A DNA stretch of 64,000 nt from Felis catus (lineage: Eukaryota). The notes beneath the pieces are model-generated. The model saw only the letters and a list, made by a program, of their open reading frames with translations. It searched no databases and was not told where the DNA came from. Positions 26,222 through 38,552 of this stretch are shown here, piece after piece; positions within the stretch are counted from its first letter, which is position 1, and each line of letters opens with the position of its first letter. The position numbers were made by a program, and so were the translations under genes. The stretch covers positions 38,938,001 to 39,002,000 of the forward strand of contig NC_058368.1 of assembly GCF_018350175.1 (NCBI RefSeq). Direction: 5' to 3'.

Positions 26222-27184
26222 TGAGCTACCATGAAATTTAAGAGATAAACAGTTCACTTACTTTTTTCTTCTACTTGGTGTGATTTAGACTTAGTCTAGG
26301 TATTACTAGAGTGTACATCTATATCGACAAACTTAAAAACCAGTTAGAAAGGCAAACTGTTGTAGAATTGAAAGGAAAGGATGGTAAGGATCAGGGTGGT
26401 GCTGTTTCAACGTGCGGTGCCTATGTTCACCCCACACAAGACAAGAAGTGATTCCTTTATTGGCCAAAAGACAAACTCAAGAATTCCCTGGAAAACAATT
26501 ACAGGAAAAAAGAAAACACACTCAGACTGAAAGCTCAGTGTCAGATGAGTGGTGGTCCAAATTATAAAATAGGTCATGAGCTATACTGATTCAGAGTTAG
26601 AATTTGTCAAACAATCTCAGTTGAAATAAGTGTAGGGAAGGCTCAAAAAGGACTCAGATCTCAGTCGGTCACCACTGGACTTCTCACCCACCGCACCGGC
26701 TCACTGAAGCCCTAAACTGAGCATTCAGGAGGCACGTGTAAGCATTTGTTTCCATTCGCAAGTCAGTCAGTGAAGGCAACTAGACAATTTAGTAAGACTC
26801 CTAGAATGTCTAAGAATAAAACAAAGACCAGAGATAAAATACTATGACTACCAGTGCTGCTACTACTGTTACTACTGCTGTTACTACTCACAATAATAAT
26901 AATTACAAAGCTGAATCAATTAACTTGCCAAGCAAGGGAACACACACCAGTTAAAAATTTTACTAGGTTGCTGAGGTGGATAATCAGGGTTTTTTAAGTA
27001 ATTAAAAAAAAAAAAAGAAGGGTTCATGGTGGTTGTGCTAATTAAGTGCTGAAACTAGCACAATGAACAAAATGAAATGAGTTCATATATCTGCACTGTC
27101 CATTAGCCAGGAAAGTATCCTTCGTTTGGTCTAATAAGTGAGTGTTCATTCAGGTCACTCAAATCCATGGCATTTTGTCAGCTT

Positions 27185-27320
27185 CAGCTGTTTAGAGTCA
27201 GATATAATGAAACACAACACTCAGTTTTGTTATAGCTTAGGGAAGTGTTCTTGTATATATATTTAAGTATGAACTGAATTTTTAGTATGCATCTCTGTCA
27301 AAAAAGTTTGAGCACCACTG
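27185..27320 (+). mobile_element. hAT-type MITE end
   Basis: Ends caaaaaagtttgagcaccactg, the reverse complement of a CAGTGGT.CTCAAACTTT Charlie-type TIR. Confidence 0.5.
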
Positions 27321-29199
27321 GTTTAGATATTGGCAAAATGATTTGTCATATATATACTGGCTCTTCTCTAGACCCTGAATGCCCAGAAAGTTCACTATTT
27401 TAAAATCCCAGGTTTCTTTAAAGATTAAAAGAAGAAAAATCACTGAGAGTATTTTGAAGAGTTATTTGCTAAAATTAGGTTAGTGTAAATGCAATGTTTT
27501 CTTTCCCTTGCTGATCTGTTTGTATTAAAGAAGAGAGATATAAGAAAATGAGCTTCTCATAAATTATTTCATGAGCAAAATAAAGGAGAATGGCCAGATA
27601 ACGGCTATCACTGTTGCACATTGTTAAAAGGAGCTTTACTAATCTTGGGATAAGAAAGATGTCCCAGGTGCTTATCATCAAATTCAATTACAAATGCAAA
27701 GCCAAGGAGAAGTTTATAACTGCAAAGCTAAAGTCAGGTTTACATCTTTTTGAGGTATCTGGGTTGCTTTTTCATGGGTCTATACCTAAGCTTGACGAGA
27801 CAGGAGTAAAATGGAAATCGTGTATTCATGGGCAAGGGCACATACATTAAAAATAATGAAATTGGTCTGCATGGAGTAGCTTAGCTAGCAGATTGTCACA
27901 GCATGTTCCCTCATTAGGATATTTCCTTGAAGCTTAAGATTGTTAACATAAGCAAGGCGGAAATATCCAGGTGATAGTGGCTAGACATAGGTATTCATCT
28001 TCATACTAAACTGTTCTTTGAAGAATGATGTGGTCCACAGAAATTCTAATACTTTTGAATACTCTAAATACCGGTCCCAATAAATATTACCGCAAACTTT
28101 AAATGAGCACAGTTTGCTCTAGCTTACCTACACTGAAACTTTGAGAGTAGTTGTTTTCTCTTACGTGCAGATATTTGGATAAGCAATGTCTAAAGTACTT
28201 TTTCCTTTTGGAAATTATTTTTGCTTTACTTAGATCCAATGTCTGGTTTTGCAGTCAAGAGATACTCATATCAATATCATACTTGTCACAAATCTCGATG
28301 TCACAGAATTGGCCACAGATCTCAAAATTCCTTTTTAGTCCTGAGTACTTCAGTATTTTTATGTTTTTGAAATACTTCAATAGAATTCAAGTAATTCTGA
28401 TAATTTTACTTTGCAAAATATGATTTTCTAATATTAGCACTCTGACACATTAAATCTAGGAAGAATTTTCACCCCCATCATTGATATTAGAGAATTTGAT
28501 TTTGATTATTTTGTGCATCAGTTCACTTGGAAATTACTTACTTTTTGATGTGGCAAGATCCATGTTAAATAATATCATAGACCTCTATTGATATAAATGC
28601 TTTGTCTCTTCCTTTAGAAAAAAATTATAATTTACATGCTGGAAATCTGACATACACTTGTTATATTCCTTTTTCTGGCTGTTATTGACTTTTGAATTAC
28701 ATTTTATAATTGATTATTGGTTATAGGGAGCTTACTGATACCTTATATACTTATTTATAACTACCCACCTTCACAAACTCTCATTGTGAAAACTTGTTTC
28801 TGTTTAATGTTCATTTTTCACTCATTTTACATTGGTTAAACCTCTTTATTTTATCAAGGCCTATACTAGAATAAAAATGACATGACATCCTTATGTTTCC
28901 CTCAAATTTAATGGGATGGCTGTCACAATTAAACTCTAAGTATAGTGTTTACTGTTCAAAGTAAGTATTTTGAATACAGTTCTTCTTTTATAAAGTATTC
29001 ATATTGAATTTTATTAAACAAAGTATTCTGATGAAATTGTTTATGCCTTGAAAAAATATATTTGATGGAATGCAGGATGGATGGAGAAACTATTTTTCCT
29101 CTTTTAGATTTGAATAAAAGACCATGGTTTTTAAGGAGGATAGTAAAGTTGTGTCTTTAGATTTGATATTTCCTTTGAATACCAGACTCATAAACAAAC

Positions 29200-30228
29200 T
29201 GCCTTCTCAGCACCACCTCAGAGATGCCTATTAGCCACCCAGAATGCCAATTTGATCTGATCACCTCTGAAATCCGTGCCTATCTTTCTCAATTAAGTTA
29301 GAGATAACCCCATGATTCCTGTTGCTAAGGGCCAAATGTTAGTGTGTGTTACTTTTTCTCACATTATATTTTCATTTATCAGAAAAGCTGCTGGCTTCTT
29401 CTTCAACAATAAATCTAGATTAGACCACTTCTCTCTATCTCTAGTTTCCACCACCTTAGAGTCAGTATTGTGTCTTTCTTAGATTCCTGTGAGATCTCCC
29501 TAACTGACTTCCTTTTTACCATTCTTGACTCCCAAAGTCTGTTCTCAATTTTGCTGCCAAAGTGTCTTTCAAGTTATGTTACATCATGTTACCACTCTGT
29601 TCAAGACCATCCAATAACTTCTCCACTCATTCAGAGTGAAATTCAAAATCATCGTAATGCTATGAGACACACCCTCATCCATTTTTTATATTTATCTAAC
29701 CTTATCTCCTGCTATTCCTGATATTCTCTTGCTCTTCCCTGAACTTCCTAGTTTATTCCTATCTCAGGATCATTCTACTCACTGTTTTTTTTTCTACCTA
29801 CAGTGTTCTTCCTCACAACATGAACATGGCTCATTCCCTCATAGTCCATTTTTGGTCAATAGTATCTTTTCATTGAGGTCTTCCCTTACCATCCTATTTT
29901 AAATTGTAGCCGTTAACAATCCTATTTCTCTTTTCTTTCTTTCTTTTCCTCTATTATACATATATCTAACATACTTTTATTATATTGATTGCCTCTTTTT
30001 CAAGGTAAAAATGTAAGCACCATGATGCCAAAGATAATGTTATTTACATCTAACATACTTTTATTATATTGATTGCCTCTTTTTCAAGGTAAAAATGTAA
30101 GCACCATGATGCCAAAGATAATGTTATTTATACACTGTATCATCCCAAGAAAGAGAGAATTGTTAATAAAAATTTGTTGAACGGATAAAACATTGTGAAC
30201 AAATGAATGGTTAAACAAATGAATGATT
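29200..30228 (+). mobile_element. L2 3' portion
   Basis: atcagaaaagctgctggcttcttcttc...accacttctctctatctc...aaatttgttgaa...aatgaatga terminus. Confidence 0.8.
29964..30130. repeat. Perfect tandem duplication, 84-bp period
   Basis: atctaacatactt...gataatgttattta occurs at 29964 and again at 30048 with no mismatch over 83 bp. Confidence 0.97.
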
Positions 30229-30739
30229 TGACTGTTGGTGACCACCAAGACCAAGTGGATCAGCGTGGAGAAATGAATGGTATTGGCAGGAGAATGGTGT
30301 CCAATGTTGTCAGCATTGCAAAAGCCAGACTCCTCACCTCCTCTGCCCCCAGGTAGAGTCAGCCACAAAATGAGCAGAAAGGTGAAAAACCTGAATTATC
30401 AGAGGCTTACTTTGAAACTGACGGGGAAAAATCTGATGTGACAAATTTTACAATAGGATAGAGTACATTCTTTTTACTTGAAAAAAAAAAAAAACCCATG
30501 GTAGAGACAGAAACCAAATCTTGTAAGGAAGAATAAGGAAAATTACATTCATTACACATCTGTATTTTGTGATTTCAATGTATCATATTTACTGTATGTG
30601 AGGTTCATTTCTGATTTCAAAAAGTTTAAGAAAGCTGAATATTTATACCATGAGCATATTTGAAAACCCAGGACTAAAACTGAAGGGTTCATCATATCAA
30701 GAGAATGTCTATCTTATACACACAAACACACTCACACAG

Positions 30740-30860
30740 CGTTAGCTTGATTGTGGTGATCTTTACGTAATGCATACGTATATCTAAACATCAACTTGTG
30801 TACCTTAAATATATACAACTTTTATATGGCAAAGATATCTCAATAAAATTGTTAAGGAAA
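30740..30860 (+). mobile_element. Old L1 3' tip
   Basis: agcttgattgtggtgat...gtgtaccttaaatatatacaac...ctcaataaaattgtt. Confidence 0.8.
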
Positions 30861-31183
30861 AGAAAGAAAGGCAGCTGTCAGCGCTTGCAAGAATTTTGAC
30901 TAGTGATATTGCTGTGCAAATAGTGTCCCAGTCAGAATTTACTGTACATTTCAGGAGAATAGATTCTGATAACATTGACTCTGAAAGTCTATTATTCTTG
31001 GCTGCTTTAAATATTTGTCAAGAGAGACTGCAAAAGGAAAGGAAAACAATGCACTGTTTTAGAGTACGTTGATGAATCTAAAATTTTCAGTCTCAGTGGG
31101 ACACAAAAAGTTATAAAAAAAAAGCATCTTTCCAGTTTTTAAAAACAACAACAACAATTTTGATCTTTAATTTCTATACTAAG

Positions 31184-31712
31184 TGAACAGGGCCAAAGCA
31201 AATATTGTACTGGACATAGTTAAACAGGCACAAGAGACTTTATTCAATGTTTTTGCAGTAGGGGAAATAGGCCAGCATTCAGTGTAATTCTACTGAAACA
31301 AGGGTCAGAAAGTTTGTAAGAGCTAGGGTGGTGCAATCACAGGCCATCTGTGTTTGATAATTGGCTTTACCTAAAGGAAAAGTAAACTTTCTTATATCTT
31401 CCTGACAGGAGGTAGTTTTACAACTTGACCCAAGGCAGCCCTACCATGGAAACTGGGAGATAGGTGCACTAACTCTTACATTTCAAAAGGATGGCTCCTG
31501 GGTGCTTCAGAAAGATGCTCCCGGATGGTAAAATAGGCAAGAAGCTGGAGAAGATTTACATCTCAAAGGGGCAGAGAAAGAATTGACAATTGCAAGTATT
31601 CTAAAGTAAATGATCTGAGAAAAGGGAGGTCGGTGGCCTGGAGACAGGAAGAAGCCTGTCTAAAAGTTACTCAAACCGAGGGGAACATTAACACTTAACA
31701 CTGTCTTGGTCA
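31184..31712 (-). mobile_element. ERV1-class solo LTR (MER67/MER31-like)
   Basis: TG...CA ends; minus strand reads TGACCAAGA...GTTCCCCTC..TTTTAGACAGGCTTCTTCCTG...CTCTGCCCCTTTGAGATGTAAATCTTCT, with AATAAA near the far end. Confidence 0.8.
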
Positions 31713-32464
31713 GCATTTTAACGAAGAGGTAACATCAGCTTATCCTTAAAGGCAGAGCAACCCTGCCAGCCCAGCAAACTGGCATGCCTTTATTATCTTG
31801 TGGTTTGTAACTGACTAGGAACCATATGCTATAAATATTTTATTTTTTCACAATAGTGACATCTCAGGATGACAACTTTTACACTTTGAACGTTATAGAC
31901 GGTTTCCTTTGTTGATTTTTGTTTCCACATGACACACTTTTTAGTAACTCAGTGGGATAAGAAATAACTGGACTGCAGTGAATGACCCCAACCTGTTAAC
32001 TCCAGCCTTCATTTATAATGGTGGGTAGGTTTGGAGGATATGCAAGAAGGTAGAGAAGAAAAATGTATTTGACCTTCATATTTTTCCTTCACACTAATGA
32101 CAGTCTATGTTAGAAGGGCTATCATCAAGAGAGTTTTCGTAATTCACTTCAAGCAATTGCCTGTGGGGGCTTTACATTTTATTAGATTGAACCCATCCTG
32201 TATCTAGACATCTTTCTTTAGCACATGGCCAAGAATTCCACAAGGTGGCTCTGTGTCTCACTGTTGGAGCTGAGTGTAATTCCAGTCTCCATGAAAGTTT
32301 CTCATTTGTTTACACCATTTATTTCTCACAGGAGAATAAAGTCAAATTTTTCTAATCAAGTTAGAAGACATCAATTGAAAAGCACATCGCTTTTTAATGT
32401 ATCTGAAACTTAGCACTTGGAATTAGGAAAAGTTGTCAATTACTGAATTAAATTGATAATACCT

Positions 32465-32700
32465 AAAAATAATAACAACTTTATAGTGCTTATTATGTAC
32501 TAGGCATTAGCTAACTAATTTGTTCTTTACAGTAACACTGAGGGCAACTTAATTATTATTGTTATTTAGAAAATGAGGAAACCGAGGCACAATATGTTAA
32601 GTAATTTGCCTAAAATCATACACTGAGTATTTGAAAAGTTGATTTTTTATCTTCAGTTGTCTGAAATTGATATTTGAACCAAAGTCCATAGCTTGTTCTG
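32465..32700 (-). mobile_element. MIR
   Basis: gtgcttattatgtactaggca...aaatgaggaaaccgaggcacaatatgttaagtaatttgcctaa. Confidence 0.85.
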
Positions 32701-34064
32701 CATCTCCTAAAATACAGCTACTAAGAAAACTATACATTGCAATTATGGTTTGGAATATGTCATTTTCTGAGTGTCTAAGTCATATCTAATATTTAATACC
32801 AAAGTGGAGTAGATTTTGATGACTCTTTAATAACTTATTTTCCTTTTAGGTCACAGATGGTAAAAAACACTATAAGCACACGTTGCATGCATTTGATCAT
32901 TACCCCAAGACTTTTACCGTTTAACATGTTGATACCATGTAGAATGCAATTAGTGGAAGTGTTTTTGCTTCAAATGCAACTATGTAAAACTTCTATGATA
33001 TTCACATATTCACTTGAATTTTATGTTTTCTTTAGCTAATTTAAATTTGAGGGGATCCAATATTTTATAAACAGTAAAACCAAACTTCCTATCATTAGTG
33101 GACACCCTAAATCCATATTTGTAAATATCACTATTTTATTTTTTAATATACTGAATGTAAAAGAAAGGGCATATTAAAAGATAAAGTAATATTTTTAAAT
33201 ATATAATTTGAAAATCAATAAGAAAGCTACACTTTAAATGCCTGTGACTTATAAAAACAGTTCTACTTTTATTTTGGATTGAAATGAATATGTTATTTTT
33301 AAAATAAAATTCTGCATATTGTAAAATATTTTATTTGTTTTTAAAGAGCATTGTGTGATTTGTGATTCTTTCCCTAGTTAATTTCTTGTCTTGTTTGTAT
33401 TACTAGATACTTCATTTATTGGCACATCCTGTGTATGTGCCTACATGTATAAAGGTGGCATGACTTTTTGTTTGTTTTGTTTTTTTCACTTTAGGCTCTA
33501 GATTAATTGGAAAACCAAGTATATTTGAATTTAAGGGTCAGAGTTTTCTGGTGTCTCTTAACAGTTGCCAAGGGGATTCTTCTTACTACAGAAATTTCAC
33601 ATTCAATCACAGCAAACTCTGGGGACATTTGTCATGATCTTGACAGGTTAGATAAACGGTTAGTTAAAATCATGGGTGAAGGTCAATAAGGACAAATGTG
33701 AAGTGGCTAAATTAAAAGCAAAATACCAGTTACAACTCTACTCATTATGGAAAGCCTAGCTAAGTTCAAATACAGCAGAATCACTAATGTCAGGTTATGG
33801 AAATACAAAAGTAAATTTTGACTCTACCGTAATAGGCAATTAAAATCAAAACTCTATTTTTATACAGGGTTATTTTCAGGATCTATTGTCATCATCCTAT
33901 CATATTTATGGTAGATTGAATAGTATTAATAAATAAAATGAGGAAACAAAAACCAAAGTACAAAAGAAAATTGAAAGAGTACATGATAAGTGAGTACTAT
34001 GAGTAAATTCAAGGTGAAGTGTTAGTTTCTTATTTCTGACTTACAAGTTTTAGGAGCAAGTAGA

Positions 34065-34800
34065 ACATAATCATTCATTTTACAAATTTTAATATGTATT
34101 AATCACTTTTACTAAGAGCATGTAATAGTCTCTACATTCAGAAAGTATAAGCTACTGTGGGACACATTAATTCACCCATTAATTTAAAAAATATTGTGCT
34201 CTTTCGAAGTATTTCTATAGGGAAAATGGGAGACCAATTGTTAATAAATATACAAATAAGTACATTTATTTTACATAACGATTACAACTTTGAAGACCAT
34301 TTAAATATGGAGATATTATTTGCAGATGCTGGTGGGGTGGGAAGCACTGGGTATGGTTCTCAGAGAAGGTCTTTCTGAGGAGCGAGTGTTACTTCTGAGA
34401 TCAAAATTATGAGAAATATCCAGATATTTGAACAACTGGAAGATAAGAGGTTCAGACAGAAAGTTTATCCACAGCAAAAAGGCTGTAAGACAAAGAAGAA
34501 TTCGTGTTGAAAGTAGATGAAGGAGCAATGTGGAGGTAGCAGTGTGAAAGTTGCCCAGGACCACAAAGTGGGGTTCAGAAAAGTAGGCAAAAAAATTCAG
34601 TTAATCAAGAGTCACACAGACAGTAGGAAAGTGTTTAAATTTTATTCTCTGTCTGAAACACTGTTCAAAAGGCACACAGATCATAAAGGGAAATTGCTCT
34701 GAAAGGTCCTACTTGTTTGGACCTACGTAGAAGGTTAGGTAAAATTTTCCTAATAAGAATACTTGAGTTGGTAATTTATGGGAAGCAGTCAATAACAAAG
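34065..34800 (-). mobile_element. L2 fragment
   Basis: tcattcatttt...cagagaaggtctttctgaggag...cagcaaaaaggctgtaagac, typical of the L2 reverse strand. Confidence 0.6.
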
Positions 34801-34814
34801 TGAGGTACAAAGTT

Positions 34815-35850
34815 TTTGTTTTCTGAAAAGGATAAACTAGTAAAAGTTTCAGGCTTTTTGGGCCAAGAAACAAAATTTAGGATGCTTCCACAACAAGGGA
34901 GATGACACATTTCCACATATTTTTATTGGCAAAACCCAAAATATAACAATTGAGTAGACTTCTTTTGTAGTACAGGTCTACTAATGGGAACAATGGAGTT
35001 CTTTATTGGGGAGTAACATTTTACTTAAGTGGGATTCATAATTTATTTTGCCTGTTACCAAAATTGGTTGTAAATACTTGTATTACCTGTTAATACTCAT
35101 CTATAATGAGATTTTACATACTTCATCTTTGAAATTTTTTTAACACAGAGATACTGGCAAATATTGATATCGGTCCACAAGCATATTATTTTAATTGAGC
35201 TTATGCAACACTTGGAAAGCATTTAAAGTATTCTATTAGGTTTTTCTCTTGGTATTTGCCTTTTAGAATATCATTATATTGCAGAATAATCACTCCCAAA
35301 TGAAGGTTACGTGGAAGATTTTCAACTGTACAGTTAAATAGATTTTGAAATATGGAAATTTCCTTTAAAGTTAAATAAATTAAAAAAAAGCAATACTGGA
35401 ACTATAGTTTGAACTCAACAGAAAATATATCTGCTCCAAATTTGTATAGCAATGGAAAATATGCTTCTTTCACTTGTAACAGCAGAAGTGTGTAAGCAAC
35501 TTGACATTACTTAAATAATTCAAACTTTAGTTGTTGAAATAACATTACAGCAGTAGAAGTTTTGCATATAAGCACTTTCTTGCTTTGTAATTTTCAGATG
35601 AATTCATTTAGAAATGTTATCTGCAAAAATCAGCAGCAAGAGCTAATTTCAAAGCCATTCAATGTAGGGGTTGAGGTTGGTTCTTGTTCAAAATAATTTC
35701 ATACTTGGCTGTTGGCTCAAATAACTACTACAATAAAACTTTATGGCTATTGAGTAAACCATTGTGTGGTAGGTCAGGGTATTCAGCTTCTATTTCTGAC
35801 AAACATTCATGAAATTCACAACGGTCGTCCATACGAGTGAATGAAATGAA
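34815..35850 (-). mobile_element. hAT-Charlie (Cheshire/MER58-like) transposon with decayed transposase C-terminus
   Basis: Minus translation FHECLSEIEAEYPDLP...EISIFQNLFNCTVENLP..ILQYNDILKGKYQEKNLIEYFKCFPS, i.e. the hAT dimerisation region; MER58-like end at ~34815-34880. Confidence 0.8.
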
Positions 35851-35903
35851 ATAAGGATATATACCAATATATACGCAATGGCAGATGAATGCACTAGACC
35901 CAT

Positions 35904-36515
35904 GTGGTATTCACAGATAATACCCTAAGATGTATTTTTTTCCTTCGCTAAGAGAGAACCTTAATTTTTAAAAAAGGCAACAATGTATCCAGCTTAAAAA
36001 AGAAAACATATCTCTCAGATTCTTTGCAGCTAAGAATAGCCAGGTGACACAGTTATGCCAATGAAATAGAAGTAAAACTCACTGGATAAGGTTTTTTTTT
36101 CTTTCCAGCTTTTTTTTTTTCAATATATGAAATTTATTGTCAAACTGGTTTCCATACAACACCCAGTGCTCATCCCAAAAGGTGCCCTCCTCAATGCCCA
36201 TCACCAACCCTCCCCTCCTTCCCACCCCCATAAACCCTCAGTTTATTCTCAGTTTTTAAGAGTCCTCTCTTAAATATGACAAAATTGACTGGCATGTACC
36301 ATTTTGAACTCTTTCAGTTCTGGAACACAGATGTAATGTTGAGATGGAGGAGTCTTGCTAAGACCATGAGGCAACAAACTGCAGACAAAGGAGGGCTGAA
36401 AATAATTTTATAAAGAGTCTCAGATTTTTGTAGTAAAAGGGCTTCTCTAAATATCTTGGCCTACTTTCACCCAAAGAAAAAAATGCCTAATTTATTTATA
36501 CCATGTTTCATTCAG
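35904..36515 (+). mobile_element. MLT1-type (MaLR) LTR split by an L1 tip
   Basis: tctcagattctttgcagctaag...gtgacacagtt...ccaatgaaatagaagtaaa; accatgaggcaacaa. Confidence 0.65.
36110..36264 (-). mobile_element. Felid L1 3' tip
   Basis: Near-identical to the L1 tip at ~18525-18650. Confidence 0.9.
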
Positions 36516-36850
36516 AGGAGGATAGGGTGGAACTTTCCTCATGAGGAGGATAGGATAGAATTGACTAAAATTGACACATAGTCTGAATTCGGATTAACTT
36601 TCCTACCTACTGTTTCTGCCAACATCATTGTATTTTTGTATCACAAAATACAGCTTCTGATCAATTAATTCCATTTATAATGTAGGAATCAAAGCTATAG
36701 AATTATTTACAAGAAGAAAGACTGTAAGATATTGTGATCTGTGTAATTATGAAGCCACTGGAATATCTATAGAGAAGAAAAGTTGTCTGTTGGAGACCCA
36801 ATTACTGAAATATTTGCAAAGTGGAAGTTCCATAAAGTGTCACAATTCCA

Positions 36851-37063
36851 GGGGCACCTGGGTGGCTCAGTTGCTGAAACATCGACTTTGTCTCAGTTCA
36901 TGATCTTACAGTTCAAGCCCAGCGTCAGGCTCCATGCTGACAGCTGGGAACTTGGAGCCTGCTTAGGATTCTGTGTCTCCCTCTCTCTCTGCCCCTCCCC
37001 CGTTCACACTCGGTCTCTCTCTGTCTCTCAAAAATAAATAAATGTTAGAAAAAAAAATTTTTT
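36851..37063 (+). mobile_element. CAN-SINE
   Basis: Imperfect TSD aagtgtcacaattcca / aagtgccagagttcca. Confidence 0.93.
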
Positions 37064-37084
37064 AAGTGCCAGAGTTCCAGATAG

Positions 37085-37278
37085 ATGATCGTTGGAGTGA
37101 TGAACGCTGGTGTGTATTGCCTGTTTTAATGTCACCGGCTTTGCTGTGATATTGTACCATAATTTTGCAAGATGTATTGGGGGAAACTGGGTTAAGGCGA
37201 CATGGGAAATCTGTATGTTATTTCTTAAAACTGAATGTGAGTCTACAATGATCTCAAACTTAAAGTTTAATTTTAAAA
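37085..37278 (+). mobile_element. Old L1 (L1MC/ME-like) 3' tip
   Basis: tattgtaccataattttgcaagatgtattgggggaaactggg...tgagtctacaatgatctcaaa. Confidence 0.8.
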
Positions 37279-37734
37279 GGAGGTTTTGAAAAATACTCCT
37301 TTAGTGATAATGGGTTCGTCAGAGGCCGGCATACTGGGGTAGATTTGCATGGGTCTTTGACTTTCTGTGATACCATAGTACGAAAGCTTCAAAAACTTTA
37401 TTTTCACCTTAGTAACAAAAAGAGCAATTTTTATCTTATCAGACATCAGTTTTCAAAGAATAATGCCTTCCTGATTGAATATTTACTTTTTTCTATTCCA
37501 ATGTGAATGTTACATATTTATTTATGTCCCCCTTTTTATGTGTATATAGATGTGCTTATTGAACTGTATTATATTTTAAAACATAATTATCTGATTTGAA
37601 GAATCGTAAATCATATAATGCAAAATTTACTTAATCTCAGATGTTATAATGTATGCATGTAAATATTAGGAATCATTTATAATATTATTTAACTAATTTC
37701 ATCTTGATATGCAGAAAACAGATCCTACCTTAAA

Positions 37735-37941
37735 AAATTTTTTTTTAAATTAATTTATTTATTTTGAAAGAGAAAGAGTCCATGAGAGGGGCAGAGAGAG
37801 GGGGAGAGAAAGAATCCCAAGCAGACTATACACTGTCAGCCCAGAGCCCCGCATGGGGCTCAAACTCAGGAACCATGACATCATAACAGGAGCCAAAACT
37901 AAGAGTTGGCAGCATAACTGACTGAGCCACTGAGGCACCCC
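37735..37941 (-). mobile_element. CAN-SINE
   Basis: TSD cagatcctac / cagaccctac. Confidence 0.92.
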
Positions 37942-38346
37942 TCAGACCCTACTTTTTAATACTTGATCTCATTGAATTTTGGTTTTCACGGTAACTTTCA
38001 TGGTCAGGCCCACCCTAAAAAAATATCATATATTTAGACTTTTTCACTATTAATTTTAGGAATTAATGGAACTAAATTAAATTTAGGAATTATATGAACT
38101 ATTTTACCAAATCTATAGCCATACTTACTTTATTAGGACATATGTGCTCCCTTATTCAATTAAATTTATCAGATTTATAGGGTGTGAAGAATTATTTATT
38201 GTTCTGGTGTCAAATGTCGAAGGGTAGATTATGTCACCTTTTCATAAAAAGAATTTGTTAAAACATTAATGATTATAACATTTTATGAAATATACTCATA
38301 TTTGTTTATTGTATAACCTATCATGTGAAGGCTTTGCAGAAAACTC

Positions 38347-38552
38347 AGGGAGCCTGGGTGGCTCAGTTAGTTAAGCATCAGCCTTTGGCTCAGCTCATGA
38401 TCTCGAGGTTTGTGAGTTCTAGCCCTCCATTGGGCTCCACAGCTCAGAGCCTGGAGCCTGCTTCGGATTCTGTGTCTCCCTCTCTCTCTGCCCCTCCCCT
38501 GCTTGCGCTCTTTCTCTCTGTCTCAAAAATAAACATAAAAAATAAAGAAAAA
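38347..38552 (+). mobile_element. CAN-SINE
   Basis: Head, gagcctggagcctgcttcggattctgtgtctccc, A tail. Confidence 0.93.
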
